A DNA stretch of 64,000 bases, from NCBI GenBank assembly GCA_035281445.1, contig DATEEA010000180.1:4909-68908 (forward strand), given 5' to 3'. The position numbers and the translations under genes were made by a program. Position 1 is the stretch's first letter. Every line of letters starts with the position of its first letter. Under the pieces are notes generated by a model. That model searched no databases. It was not told where the DNA came from and saw only the letters and a program-made list of their open reading frames with translations. Of the stretch, positions 43,535 through 52,038 are shown one piece after another. Source of the DNA: Candidatus Polarisedimenticolia bacterium. Its GTDB lineage: Bacteria > Acidobacteriota > Polarisedimenticolia > JACPZX01 > DASXTC01.

Positions 43535-45541
43535 TCACTGGGCGGTGGTCACCAGCACCGAATGGACGATCCTCCGGATGGCGTCGATCTCGAAGGGCTT
43601 CTGGAGGTAGCTGTTGCCGCTGGTCTCCAGGAACTCGCGGGTGTCGGTGCTCACCACGTCCCCGGTGCTGAAGATGATGCGCCTGGCCAGATCATGATCC
43701 ATGCTGCGGACCTTCTCGTACAGCTCCTTGCCTCCCATCCCGGGCATCTTGAGGTCGGAGATGATCAGGTCGTAGCGCTCCTTCTGGATCTTGCGCAGCG
43801 CCACCGTGCCGTTGAGGGCGGTGTCCACGCGGTGCCCGTCCATGCGCAGGACCTGGTACAGGATGTCGATGATGGCCAGCTCGTCGTCCACCACCAGGAT
43901 GTTGCGCCCCGGCGCCGACACGTCGAGCTCGGAGGGGGCCGGCTGCTCCAGCTGCGCGTCGGTGGAGTCGGGATCGCTGATCGGCAGCGCCACGGAGAAG
44001 ACGGCGCCGCCGTCGGGCCCGTTGCGCACGGCGATGCGGCCGCGGTGCTCCTGCACGATGCCGTAGCAGATGGACAGGCCCAGCCCCGTCCCCTGCCCCA
44101 CCTCCTTGGTGGTGAAGAAGGGATCGAAGATCCGCCCCAGGTTCTCCGCGGCGATGCCCGGCCCGTTGTCGGCGATCTCCACCAGGATCTCGTCCTCCTG
44201 GCGCCGGCTGCGCAAGGTGAGCGTGCCCGGCTTGCCGCAGGAGGCCATGGCCTGATGGGCGTTGATGATGATGTTGAGGAAGACCTGCTGGAGCTGGTGG
44301 AAGTCGGCCATCGTCTTGGGCAGGTCGGGATCGAGGTCCACCTCGACCTGGATGTTGTCCACCTTGAGCTGGTAGCTGCGCAGCTCCAGCGTGGACTCAA
44401 GGATGCCGTTGATCCCGACGTAGTCCTTCTGCGGCTTGTGCTTGCGGGCGAACGTCTGGAGGTTCTGCACGATCTTCTTGCAGCGCTCGGCTTCGCGGTT
44501 GATCTTCTCCAGCCCGCGGCGCACCCGCTCGTCGGTGTCGGACTTGAGGAGGAGCTGGGAGTAGCCGACCACCCCCGCCAGGGGGTTGTTCAGCTCGTGG
44601 GCCACCCCCGACACGAGCAGCCCCACGGCCGACATCTTCTCCGCCTGCACCAGCTGGCTCTGCGCCTCCTCCAGCTCGCGCGTCCTGAGCCGAACCTGGT
44701 TCTCCAGCTCCGCGCTGTACATCTCCAGCTCGCGGCGCGAGGTCTTCAGCTCGGAGGTCATCTGGTTGAACGACGCGGCGAGCTGGCCGATCTCATCGTG
44801 CGTGGCCGGCTCCGGGACCACCTCGTCCAGGTTCCCCCCGGCGATGCGCCGGGTTGCCTCGGCCAGGGCCTGCAGCGGCGCCACCATCCTCCGCACCAGC
44901 ATGACCGTGAGCAGGATGGCCAGGCCGATGACCAGGAAGGTGAGAAGCCCGAAGGCCCATTTCAGCTCGTGGATGTCCTCGTGCATCCCGGCCAGCGAGA
45001 GCGTGATGCGGGCGTATCCGATGGTCTCCAGCCTGCGGTCGGAGGACTCTTCCTCCTCCAGGAGGAAGCCGATCTCCTCGTTGTGCCGCGTCCCGCGGCG
45101 GGTGAAGACGGGATACGAGACCTCGTAGGCCTCCGTGCGGCCCCCTCCGCGGGCGGCGAACGGCCCGATGCGGACCTGCCCAGCGCCGACCTGCCTGACC
45201 TCCACGCTGGGCTGGGCGATCAGGCGCCCGGGAGGGAAGTTCTCGCGCCGCTCGTCCAGGAGCGGGTGTCCGTCCACGTCCACCACGGCCACGGCGATCA
45301 CCGCCGGCTCCTGGAAGAGCCCGGCACCCAGCTCCTTGAGCAGCTCGCCGTTGCGCGTCAGCACGCCCAGCTCGGAGTTGTGGGCGAAGTTGCGCGCCAG
45401 CGAGACGCCGTGCTGGCGGGTCTGCTCGTCCTGGCGGCCCGCGTAGTGATAGAGGAAGAAGACGCTCAGCGTCATCGAGGTGGCGAGGATCAGGAGCGAG
45501 ATGAAGATGATGAAGCGGAGGGCCAGGCTCACTCTGAACAT
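43535..45541 (-). CDS. Hybrid sensor histidine kinase (TM-periplasmic-TM-HAMP-HisKA-HATPase_c-REC)
   Basis: 668 aa. TM1 '[25 protein letters not shown]'. TM2 '[18 protein letters not shown]'. HAMP. H-box '[24 protein letters not shown]'. 'DNGPGI', '[15 protein letters not shown]'. C-terminal REC '[10 protein letters not shown]...[12 protein letters not shown]'. Start ATG overlaps the upstream gene stop (TGATG). Confidence 0.85.
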   Translation of the reverse strand: MFRVSLALRFIIFISLLILATSMTLSVFFLYHYAGRQDEQTRQHGVSLARNFAHNSELGVLTRNGELLKELGAGLFQEPAVIAVAVVDVDGHPLLDERRENFPPGRLIAQPSVEVRQVGAGQVRIGPFAARGGGRTEAYEVSYPVFTRRGTRHNEEIGFLLEEEESSDRRLETIGYARITLSLAGMHEDIHELKWAFGLLTFLVIGLAILLTVMLVRRMVAPLQALAEATRRIAGGNLDEVVPEPATHDEIGQLAASFNQMTSELKTSRRELEMYSAELENQVRLRTRELEEAQSQLVQAEKMSAVGLLVSGVAHELNNPLAGVVGYSQLLLKSDTDERVRRGLEKINREAERCKKIVQNLQTFARKHKPQKDYVGINGILESTLELRSYQLKVDNIQVEVDLDPDLPKTMADFHQLQQVFLNIIINAHQAMASCGKPGTLTLRSRRQEDEILVEIADNGPGIAAENLGRIFDPFFTTKEVGQGTGLGLSICYGIVQEHRGRIAVRNGPDGGAVFSVALPISDPDSTDAQLEQPAPSELDVSAPGRNILVVDDELAIIDILYQVLRMDGHRVDTALNGTVALRKIQKERYDLIISDLKMPGMGGKELYEKVRSMDHDLARRIIFSTGDVVSTDTREFLETSGNSYLQKPFEIDAIRRIVHSVLVTTAQ

Positions 45542-46503
45542 CAGAAGAACAGCTCGGCCTTCTGCCGGATGGAGTCCTCGATGTGCACCTCGATCTGGCG
45601 CGCCGTGTTCATGTTCAGCGACAAGGAGATGCTTCGGGGAACGCTCATGGGGACGCGCGTGGGCTCCTCTCCGGCCAGGACCCTCAGCGCCTGCTCGGCC
45701 GACTGCCGGCCGACGTCCTGGTAGTCCACGGAGAAGGCCAACAGCGCCCCAGCCTTCACGAAGGAGGGGGAGAGCCCGACGAACGGGATGCGGTTGCGCA
45801 GCGTCGCCAGCAGCACCTGCTTGAGACCCTGCGGAGAGAAGACCGTGCTGTCGGCCACCGACCAGAGGACGTCCACCCTCTCGTCCAGGTCGTCGGAGAT
45901 CTCCACCAGGTCCTTCTCGGAGGTCACCGGCAGGGCCACCAGCTCCAACCCCATCGAGGCGGCGGTCTCGGACGCGTTGTCCACCATAGGGCCGGTGACC
46001 GCCGGGTTGAAGAGCACCCCCACCTTCCTGACCTCGGGCAGCACCTGCTTGAGCTTGCCGAACTGCACCCGCAGCGGGATCTCCATGGAGGCGCCGGTCA
46101 GGTTGCCCCGCGACTCGCGCAGGCCCTGCAAAGACTCGCTGCCGGACGAGGGGAGCACCAGGGAGAAGACGATGGGGATGTCCCGGATCTGGCTGGAGAC
46201 GGCGTGGGTGGCGCCGCTGCCGATGGTCAGGATCAGGTCGGGCCGCCGGGCCCGGATCTTGGCCGCCAGGGCCTCGGGGTTGGATCCGCCCCCATCCATG
46301 ACCAGCTCATGGAGCTTGACCGTCCGGCCGGATTCCTCCAGGACCTCCTGGAAGCCTCGCAAGGCCTGCCGGTACGGGGCCGCGTCCCGGCTCAGCACCA
46401 CGGCGATGGTCACCGGGGCGTCGGAGAAGGCCGGCAGCATCTCGGTGAGGACGATCAGGCAGATCAACGCCGCCTGGATCGCGCGCCGGACGTGCAGCGT
46501 CAT
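45541..46503 (-). CDS. Periplasmic substrate-binding-like protein (ABC_sub_bind/PF04392-type sensor-partner family)
   Basis: Start 'MTLHVRRAIQAALICLIVLTEMLPAFS' (signal peptide, ATG at 46503). Type-I PBP-like alternating beta-alpha ('IAVVLSRDAAPY', 'ILTIGSGATHAV', 'VGVLFNPAV', 'IPFVGLS'). Upstream 604 codons of the 924-aa track ORF are shadow. Confidence 0.65.
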   Translation of the reverse strand: MTLHVRRAIQAALICLIVLTEMLPAFSDAPVTIAVVLSRDAAPYRQALRGFQEVLEESGRTVKLHELVMDGGGSNPEALAAKIRARRPDLILTIGSGATHAVSSQIRDIPIVFSLVLPSSGSESLQGLRESRGNLTGASMEIPLRVQFGKLKQVLPEVRKVGVLFNPAVTGPMVDNASETAASMGLELVALPVTSEKDLVEISDDLDERVDVLWSVADSTVFSPQGLKQVLLATLRNRIPFVGLSPSFVKAGALLAFSVDYQDVGRQSAEQALRVLAGEEPTRVPMSVPRSISLSLNMNTARQIEVHIEDSIRQKAELFF

Positions 46504-46577
46504 CCTCCCCCCTCCCTCGTCGGTCCGCGGCGGGCCGGACGCCCCCGGCGGGCGGCCGGCCCCGCGGCGCCGCCCTG

Positions 46578-49193
46578 CTAGTAGCGCACCTCCAGGCCCA
46601 GCTGGACGATCCGGCCGAAGTCCACCTCCACCGGACCGCGGAACGTGCTGGCGCCGCTGAGGCGCTCCACGTCCACGACGTTCAGCTGGTTGGTGAGGTT
46701 GAAGACCTGCCCCGTGAGCCGGAGCTGGGCGCGGCCCACCTGGAAGCGCTTGGCCAGCGACAGATCCAGGGAGCGGACGGGGGGCATGCGCTCGGAGTTC
46801 TTGCCGCCGACGGTCGTGTCGATGTCGTTGAACGCGTCCACCGGGCTGTACAGCCGCCCGGACTGGTACCGGTAGATGCCGGTCACCTCGAGACCGAGCG
46901 GGAGGTTGCCGAACGCCGAGAGGTTGATCACGTCGGGGCGGTCGTAGTCCAGCCGGGTGAAGTCCAGGGCACGAGGATCTCCCCGGTTCTCGAAGCCGAA
47001 GTCCACCGAGGAATCGCCGCGCACGCGGGACCGCGTGTAGGAGCCGATCACCTCGAACCGGTGGCTGAACGGCTTGCGCACCATCAGCTTCCAGTCGGCG
47101 TAGTCGGACTCCCCCTTCGAGTCCAGGATCACCGCGGCGGTGGCGTTGGGGTCGAGATCGACGCTGGAAGGCACCAGCCCGAGATCCTGCGTGAACGTGG
47201 TGCGGAGCTGGTTGTTCCCCTCCCACCGCGTGGTGCTGAGGCCCACCCGGACGTTCCAGGGAAGCTCCTGCTCCACGCCGACCGTCCAGGAGTCCTTGTA
47301 GGGGGTCTCCAGGTCGCCGTCGATGGCGTAGTCGTAGACGTAGGTGGCCGACGTGGTGGAGCTGGTCCCCGCGTTGTACAGGGTGATGGTGGTGGTCGAG
47401 CCGTCGGTGTTGAGGAAGTCGGTGATGTCGGCGAACACGTTGTCGTAGAACCGGCCGTAGTTGCCGAAGAACTTGGTCTTGCCCTTTCCCTGAGGGTCGT
47501 AGGCCACGCCCAGCCGTGGGGCGACGTTCTGCTGATCGATGGCCGTCTGGTGATCCCAGCGCACGCCCCCTTCCACCGTCCAGTGCTCGTTGATCACCCA
47601 GGTGTCCTGAATGAAGGCGGCCGCCTCGGCGTCCTTCCGGTCGGTCACTTCGGGGTTGCGGTAGTCGTACACGATGCGGTAGGTGGAGCCGGGAGCGTAG
47701 GCGTAGTACGCCGTGAGGAGCTCGTCCAGGTTCAAGGTGAACGGCTCGACCCTGTTGGTGCCGGTGAAGTCCAGGAAGGAGTAGTCGAGGCCGGTCTTGA
47801 TGCGATGGGTCCCTTTCTGCACGGTCAGGGCCGAGCTGAGCCGGATCCTGTCGGTGCTGCGGTCCTGGTCGTTGAAGTAGCTGCCGCTGAAGGTGAGCGG
47901 CTGGCCCGCCTGGAAGAGGCCGGTGAACATCCCGGCGTTCTCGTCGGTCGGGCGGACGGTCAGGTACTGATGGTGCGCGAAGAGCTGGGTCTCCAGGAAG
48001 GCGTTGGGGCTCAGCGTGTGCGTGTCGCGGAGCTGGATGAAGTAGGCCCCCTGGTTCTGATCGAAGTTGGTGCGCTCGTCGTAGCGCGCGTCGGTGATCA
48101 GGTTCTTGAAGAACGACGGATCGGTGGCGAAGTTGGCGACGAAGGTGTTGTCCGGGCTGACCTGCCAGGTCACCTTGAACTGCCCGTGGTACCGGTCGCC
48201 CTCCCTCACCGAGTCGCTGAACACCGATCCGATGTCCTCCTGCCAGTACTGGAAGGAGGAGGCGAACCATAGCTTGTTCTTGATGAGGGGCCCGGAGAAG
48301 GACAGCTCCTGCCACTGCTGCGTCTCGGGCCTGGGGTTGTGGTTGTTCTCGCGGTCGAAGTCGGCGTCGGAGCTCGCCTCCAGCTCATCGAACCCGTCCA
48401 CGCCCGAGCTCCAGTTCTCGGTGCGGGCGAAGCCGCTGTAGAGCAGCTCGAAGGAGTTGGTCCCCGACTTGGTGATGATGTTGGCGATGCCTCCGGACTG
48501 CTCGCCGTACTCGGGCTGGAATCCCGAGGTGTTCACCTCGAACCGCTCGATGGAGTTCTGGTTCACGTTGAGCCCGAACGTGCCGGTGACGAAGTCGTTC
48601 ACCGTGGCGCCGTCGAGGCGGAAGCCGTTCTGCGTCACGCGGCTGCCGTTGATGTGGTACTGGGCCAGGGTGAACCCCTGGTCGTTGTTGACTCCGGGGA
48701 AGAGCGTGAGGATCTGCTGGTAGCGCCGCGAGATGAGCGGCAGCTTGTTGACGTAGGTGGCGTCCAGCACTTCCTTGCTGGAGGTGTTGGAGGTGTCCAC
48801 CACCGGCCTCTCGGCCTGGACGGTGATCTTCTCGCTCAGGCCCTCCGGGAGCTTCAGGTTGTTGAACACCCGCGTCTCGTCGGGGTTGACGACGATCTGC
48901 ACCACCTCGTACGGGCGGTAGCCGATCAGACTGATGGTCATGCTGTAGACGCCGACGGGGAGCCCGTTGAGCACGAAGATCCCTTCCGCGTTGGTGATGG
49001 CGGTCCGGTTCGAGTCTCCGAGCGGGGCGCCGGCCACCTCGATGGTGGCGCCGGGCAGAAAGTTGCCGGCGTCATCGGTCACGCTGCCGCGGATCGAGCC
49101 GGTGATGTTGGCCTGGGCGTGGGCCGGGGGCGTCCAGGTGAGTGCGACCGCCACCAGCGCCAATCCCACGACGACAAGGCGCTTGGGGTGCAT
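46578..49193 (-). CDS. TonB-dependent receptor with carboxypeptidase-regulatory-like N-terminal domain
   Basis: ATG 49191-49193 preceded by 'gaggagg'. Signal peptide 'MHPKRLVVVGLALVAVALTWTPPAHA'. CarbopepD_reg 'GSIRGSVTDDAGNFLPGATIEV...GIFVLNGLPVGVY'. Plug 'VLDATYVNKLPLISRRYQ'. Terminal 'LGLEVRY'. GC is noticeably lower than in neighbouring genes. Confidence 0.85.
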   Translation of the reverse strand: MHPKRLVVVGLALVAVALTWTPPAHAQANITGSIRGSVTDDAGNFLPGATIEVAGAPLGDSNRTAITNAEGIFVLNGLPVGVYSMTISLIGYRPYEVVQIVVNPDETRVFNNLKLPEGLSEKITVQAERPVVDTSNTSSKEVLDATYVNKLPLISRRYQQILTLFPGVNNDQGFTLAQYHINGSRVTQNGFRLDGATVNDFVTGTFGLNVNQNSIERFEVNTSGFQPEYGEQSGGIANIITKSGTNSFELLYSGFARTENWSSGVDGFDELEASSDADFDRENNHNPRPETQQWQELSFSGPLIKNKLWFASSFQYWQEDIGSVFSDSVREGDRYHGQFKVTWQVSPDNTFVANFATDPSFFKNLITDARYDERTNFDQNQGAYFIQLRDTHTLSPNAFLETQLFAHHQYLTVRPTDENAGMFTGLFQAGQPLTFSGSYFNDQDRSTDRIRLSSALTVQKGTHRIKTGLDYSFLDFTGTNRVEPFTLNLDELLTAYYAYAPGSTYRIVYDYRNPEVTDRKDAEAAAFIQDTWVINEHWTVEGGVRWDHQTAIDQQNVAPRLGVAYDPQGKGKTKFFGNYGRFYDNVFADITDFLNTDGSTTTITLYNAGTSSTTSATYVYDYAIDGDLETPYKDSWTVGVEQELPWNVRVGLSTTRWEGNNQLRTTFTQDLGLVPSSVDLDPNATAAVILDSKGESDYADWKLMVRKPFSHRFEVIGSYTRSRVRGDSSVDFGFENRGDPRALDFTRLDYDRPDVINLSAFGNLPLGLEVTGIYRYQSGRLYSPVDAFNDIDTTVGGKNSERMPPVRSLDLSLAKRFQVGRAQLRLTGQVFNLTNQLNVVDVERLSGASTFRGPVEVDFGRIVQLGLEVRY

Positions 49194-49285
49194 GCAGGGT
49201 TCCTCCTCGACGTAGCGCTTCATCCGGCACGTGGCTGATATGCGAAGCCGGATCGGATCCAAAGTGGACTTGTAGGCAACGGGTA

Positions 49286-49313
49286 TGTATAGGCCGCGTC
49301 ATCGGCGAGTCAA
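49286..49313 (-). promoter_or_regulatory. Candidate σ70-type promoter (TTGACT-16-TATACA) for the TonB receptor 46578-49193
   Basis: Minus-strand 'TTGACTcgccgatgacgcggccTATACAtacc' lies about 95 nt upstream of ATG 49193. The -10 is weak. Confidence 0.35.
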
Positions 49314-49409
49314 GAAAGGTCGGATGACGGGATAGTCTTGGTATTCCCTATTGTCGTATTGGGAGAGGAGCGGCCCTGGCGGAGCCGCTTCGCCGGCCGG
49401 ATGTCCGCG

Positions 49410-49437
49410 TTGACAAGCCTTTCAAACAAGGTATGAT
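49410..49437 (+). promoter_or_regulatory. σ70-type promoter (TTGACA-16 nt-TATGAT) for the tandem-DsbA lipoprotein gene
   Basis: 'cgcgTTGACAagcctttcaaacaaggTATGATcccc' lies about 60 nt upstream of ATG 49497, followed by SD 'aagggagga'. Positions ±1. Confidence 0.5.
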
Positions 49438-49496
49438 CCCCGAACCCGGATTCCTGCACCCCGACCCGGAACAACCTCGAAGGGAGGACCTCCTGA

Positions 49497-51047
49497 ATGC
49501 GTAGCCGCGCTTTCCTCTTCTCATTGATCGCCCTGGCGCTGTTGCTCTCCTGCTCGGCCAGCGGCGCCCGGGAGGGCGCGGCGTCCCCGTCCGCCGAAGC
49601 GGGCGGCAGGAAGCAGTACCGCGAAGGGCTGGTCGGGGTCGATTTCTCCGGTCTGGACGAGGCGGGCAAGAACCGGGCGCTGGACCTCATGAACGCCCAC
49701 AACTGCAACTGCAGCTGCGGCATGACCATCGCGCAGTGCCGCGTGGAGGACCCGAGCTGCGGCAAGAGCCCCGTTCTGGCCCGCGCGGTCATCGACGGCG
49801 TGAAGGCCCGAAAGTCCGAGTCCGAGATCGCGGCCTCGCTGCAGCCGGCCCCCGCCGCGGCCGCCCCCGCCGCCCAGGCCCGGCCGGTCGGACCGGTGTC
49901 GATCTCCATGGAGGGGGCGCAGGTCAAGGGGAACCCCAAGGCCGCCGCCACCCTGGTCGAGTTCGCCGACTACCAGTGCCCGTACTGCGTCCGGGCCGTC
50001 CCGGTGGTGCAGCAGCTCATGCAGAAATACCCCGACGATCTCAAGTTCGTCTTCAAGCAGCTCCCGCTCACCTCCATCCACCGCTTCGCCGAGCCTGCCG
50101 CCCGCGCCAGCCTGGCCGCCGCGCGGCAGGGGAAGTTCTGGGAGATGCACCAGAGACTGTTCGACAACTACAGGGCCCTGGACGACGCCAGCCTGAAGAA
50201 GTACGCGCAGGAGATCGGGCTGGACATGGCGCGCTTCGAGCGGGACCTGACCGACCCGGCCGTGGCACAGGAGGTCGCCCGGGACGCCGAGGAGGCCAGG
50301 ACCCTGGGGGTGGAGGGGACGCCCACCTTCTTCCTCAATGGCGTCCGCGTTCCTTCATGGGACGCCGACACGTTGAGCAAGATGATCGACGCGGCCGTGG
50401 ACGGCGAGGACGTCTCGGCCGTCGCGGGCCAGGTGCGCGCGAGGCTCGAGGAACAGCAGCGGGCGGCGCGCGAGGCGCAGCGCGTCCAGAGGGAGGCGAT
50501 CGCCAAGCAGGTGGTGGACATCGACGTCACCGGAGCCCCCATCAAAGGGGATCCCAAGGCCCCTGTCACCATCGTCGAGTTCGCCGACTTCCAGTGCCCC
50601 TACTGCGCCAGCTCGGTTCCCTTGATCCGGCAGGTCATGGACGCCTTCCCGGGCAAGGTGCGGTTCGCCTACAAGCACCTGCCGCTGGTGAGCATCCACC
50701 CCCACGCCCGCCCCGCCGCGCTGGCCTCCCTGGAGGCGGCCCAGCAGGGCAAGTTCTGGGAGATGCACGACCTGCTCTACGAGAACTACCGGGCCCTGGA
50801 CCCGGCGAGCCTCAACCGGTACGCGCAGCAGGTGGGGCTGAACATGGCCGAGTTCGAGAAGGCGATGGCCAGCGAGGAGCACAAGCAGGCGGTGGAGAAG
50901 GACATGGCCGACTCGCAGCGGGCCGGAGTGACCGGGACCCCGGCCTTCTTCGTCAACGGCAAGCGGGTGATGCAGCGTGACTTCGACACCTTCAAGAGGA
51001 TGATCGAGGAAGCGCTGGCCTCCTCGGCGGCCCCCGCGGCCAGGTGA
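49497..51047 (+). CDS. Lipoprotein with N-terminal Cys-rich domain and two tandem DsbA-like thioredoxin domains
   Basis: Lipobox 'LLLSC'. 'NAHNCNCSCGMTIAQCRVEDPSCG' (6 Cys). Two repeats each with 'FAD[YF]QCPYC', 'KQLPL.SIH', 'QGKFWEMH', 'NYRALD'. Strong SD 'aagggagga'. σ70-like promoter upstream. Confidence 0.8.
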   Translation: MRSRAFLFSLIALALLLSCSASGAREGAASPSAEAGGRKQYREGLVGVDFSGLDEAGKNRALDLMNAHNCNCSCGMTIAQCRVEDPSCGKSPVLARAVIDGVKARKSESEIAASLQPAPAAAAPAAQARPVGPVSISMEGAQVKGNPKAAATLVEFADYQCPYCVRAVPVVQQLMQKYPDDLKFVFKQLPLTSIHRFAEPAARASLAAARQGKFWEMHQRLFDNYRALDDASLKKYAQEIGLDMARFERDLTDPAVAQEVARDAEEARTLGVEGTPTFFLNGVRVPSWDADTLSKMIDAAVDGEDVSAVAGQVRARLEEQQRAAREAQRVQREAIAKQVVDIDVTGAPIKGDPKAPVTIVEFADFQCPYCASSVPLIRQVMDAFPGKVRFAYKHLPLVSIHPHARPAALASLEAAQQGKFWEMHDLLYENYRALDPASLNRYAQQVGLNMAEFEKAMASEEHKQAVEKDMADSQRAGVTGTPAFFVNGKRVMQRDFDTFKRMIEEALASSAAPAAR

Positions 51048-51093
51048 GCCGGCGGGTCGCCGGCGAGGAGGACGGGGGCCCTGGACGGACCGG

Positions 51094-52038
51094 CTACCGG
51101 CGCAGCGTCTCCAGCCGGTCCCGCACCGACTCCGCGGCCGCCATGTCGCCGCGCCAGTCGCGCAGGAACGTTTCGTATTCCTTGATGGCGTCCTGCTTCC
51201 GGCCGGCCTTCTCGTGCAGGCTGCCCAGGTTCATGTGCAGCCGGGGGTCGTTCGGGTCGGCCTCGATCGCCCGGGTGAAGAAGGAGAGCGCCTCCCCGTC
51301 CCTGTCCTGCGCCTGAGCCACGATCCCCAGGTTGTTGAGCGCCTGGCTCCAGTCCGGCTTCACCTCCAGAGCCTTCTCTCCCGCCGCCCGCGCCTCGTCG
51401 AGACGGTGCAGCGTCGCCAGCGAGCTGGACAGATTCACCCAGGCCTCCGCGTGCCGCGGGTCGAGCTGAGTGGCCTTGGTGAGCGACAGCACGGCCATCT
51501 CGACGTCCCCCGCGTTGAGGCGGGCCATTCCCAGGCGGAAGGCGATCTCGGCGTCCTCGGGACGGCCCGCGTGGGCCCTCTGCAGCAGCTCCGCCGCCTC
51601 CCCGAACCGCCCCGCCAGATAGTGCATCACCCCGAGGTTGAAGAGGGCCGAGGGGTTGTTGGGGTCGTTGAGCACCGCCTCGTTGAAGGCCAGAAAGGCG
51701 CTGCGGCGGTCGTCCTGCTTGAGGTAGGCGTTGCCCAGGGCCAGGTAGGCGTCGGTCCTGCCCGGGTCGAGCCTGACCGACTCGGCGAGCGAGCGGATCG
51801 ACTCCTTGACCTCCCCCTTGTCGAAGAGCGCCACGCCGAGCTGGTAGTGGAGATCGGCGTGGCCGGGATCCCGCTCCACCGCCTCGCGCAGGGACCGCAC
51901 GGCGCCGTCGTAGTCTCCGGCCTGCGCCAGGCGGCCGGCCTCCTGCGCCTGCGGGGAGGGGCCGGAGCGATCGCACGCCGTGAAGAGCCCCGCCGCGGCC
52001 AGCAGCAGCGCGGTGGGCCGCGCGCAGGAGGCGGCCAT
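51094..52038 (-). CDS. TPR-repeat lipoprotein
   Basis: Start 'MAASCARPTALLLAAAGLFTAC' (lipobox, ATG 52036-52038), overlaps the upstream gene stop (TGATG). Seven TPR-like units ('YQLGVALFDKGE', 'YLALGNAYLKQDD', 'LFNLGVMHYLAG'). Upstream 869 codons of the 1183-aa track ORF are shadow. Confidence 0.7.
   Translation of the reverse strand: MAASCARPTALLLAAAGLFTACDRSGPSPQAQEAGRLAQAGDYDGAVRSLREAVERDPGHADLHYQLGVALFDKGEVKESIRSLAESVRLDPGRTDAYLALGNAYLKQDDRRSAFLAFNEAVLNDPNNPSALFNLGVMHYLAGRFGEAAELLQRAHAGRPEDAEIAFRLGMARLNAGDVEMAVLSLTKATQLDPRHAEAWVNLSSSLATLHRLDEARAAGEKALEVKPDWSQALNNLGIVAQAQDRDGEALSFFTRAIEADPNDPRLHMNLGSLHEKAGRKQDAIKEYETFLRDWRGDMAAAESVRDRLETLRR

Noticed and set aside
41164-43671. 835-aa plus-strand ORF antisense to the phosphodiesterase-TPR gene; 43424-45724 (+) antisense to kinase 2; 45583-46660 (+); 47061-48272 (+); 48339-49238 (+)
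   Set aside because: Antisense shadows. The minus-strand genes carry clear catalytic and TPR/HisKA/TonB signatures.
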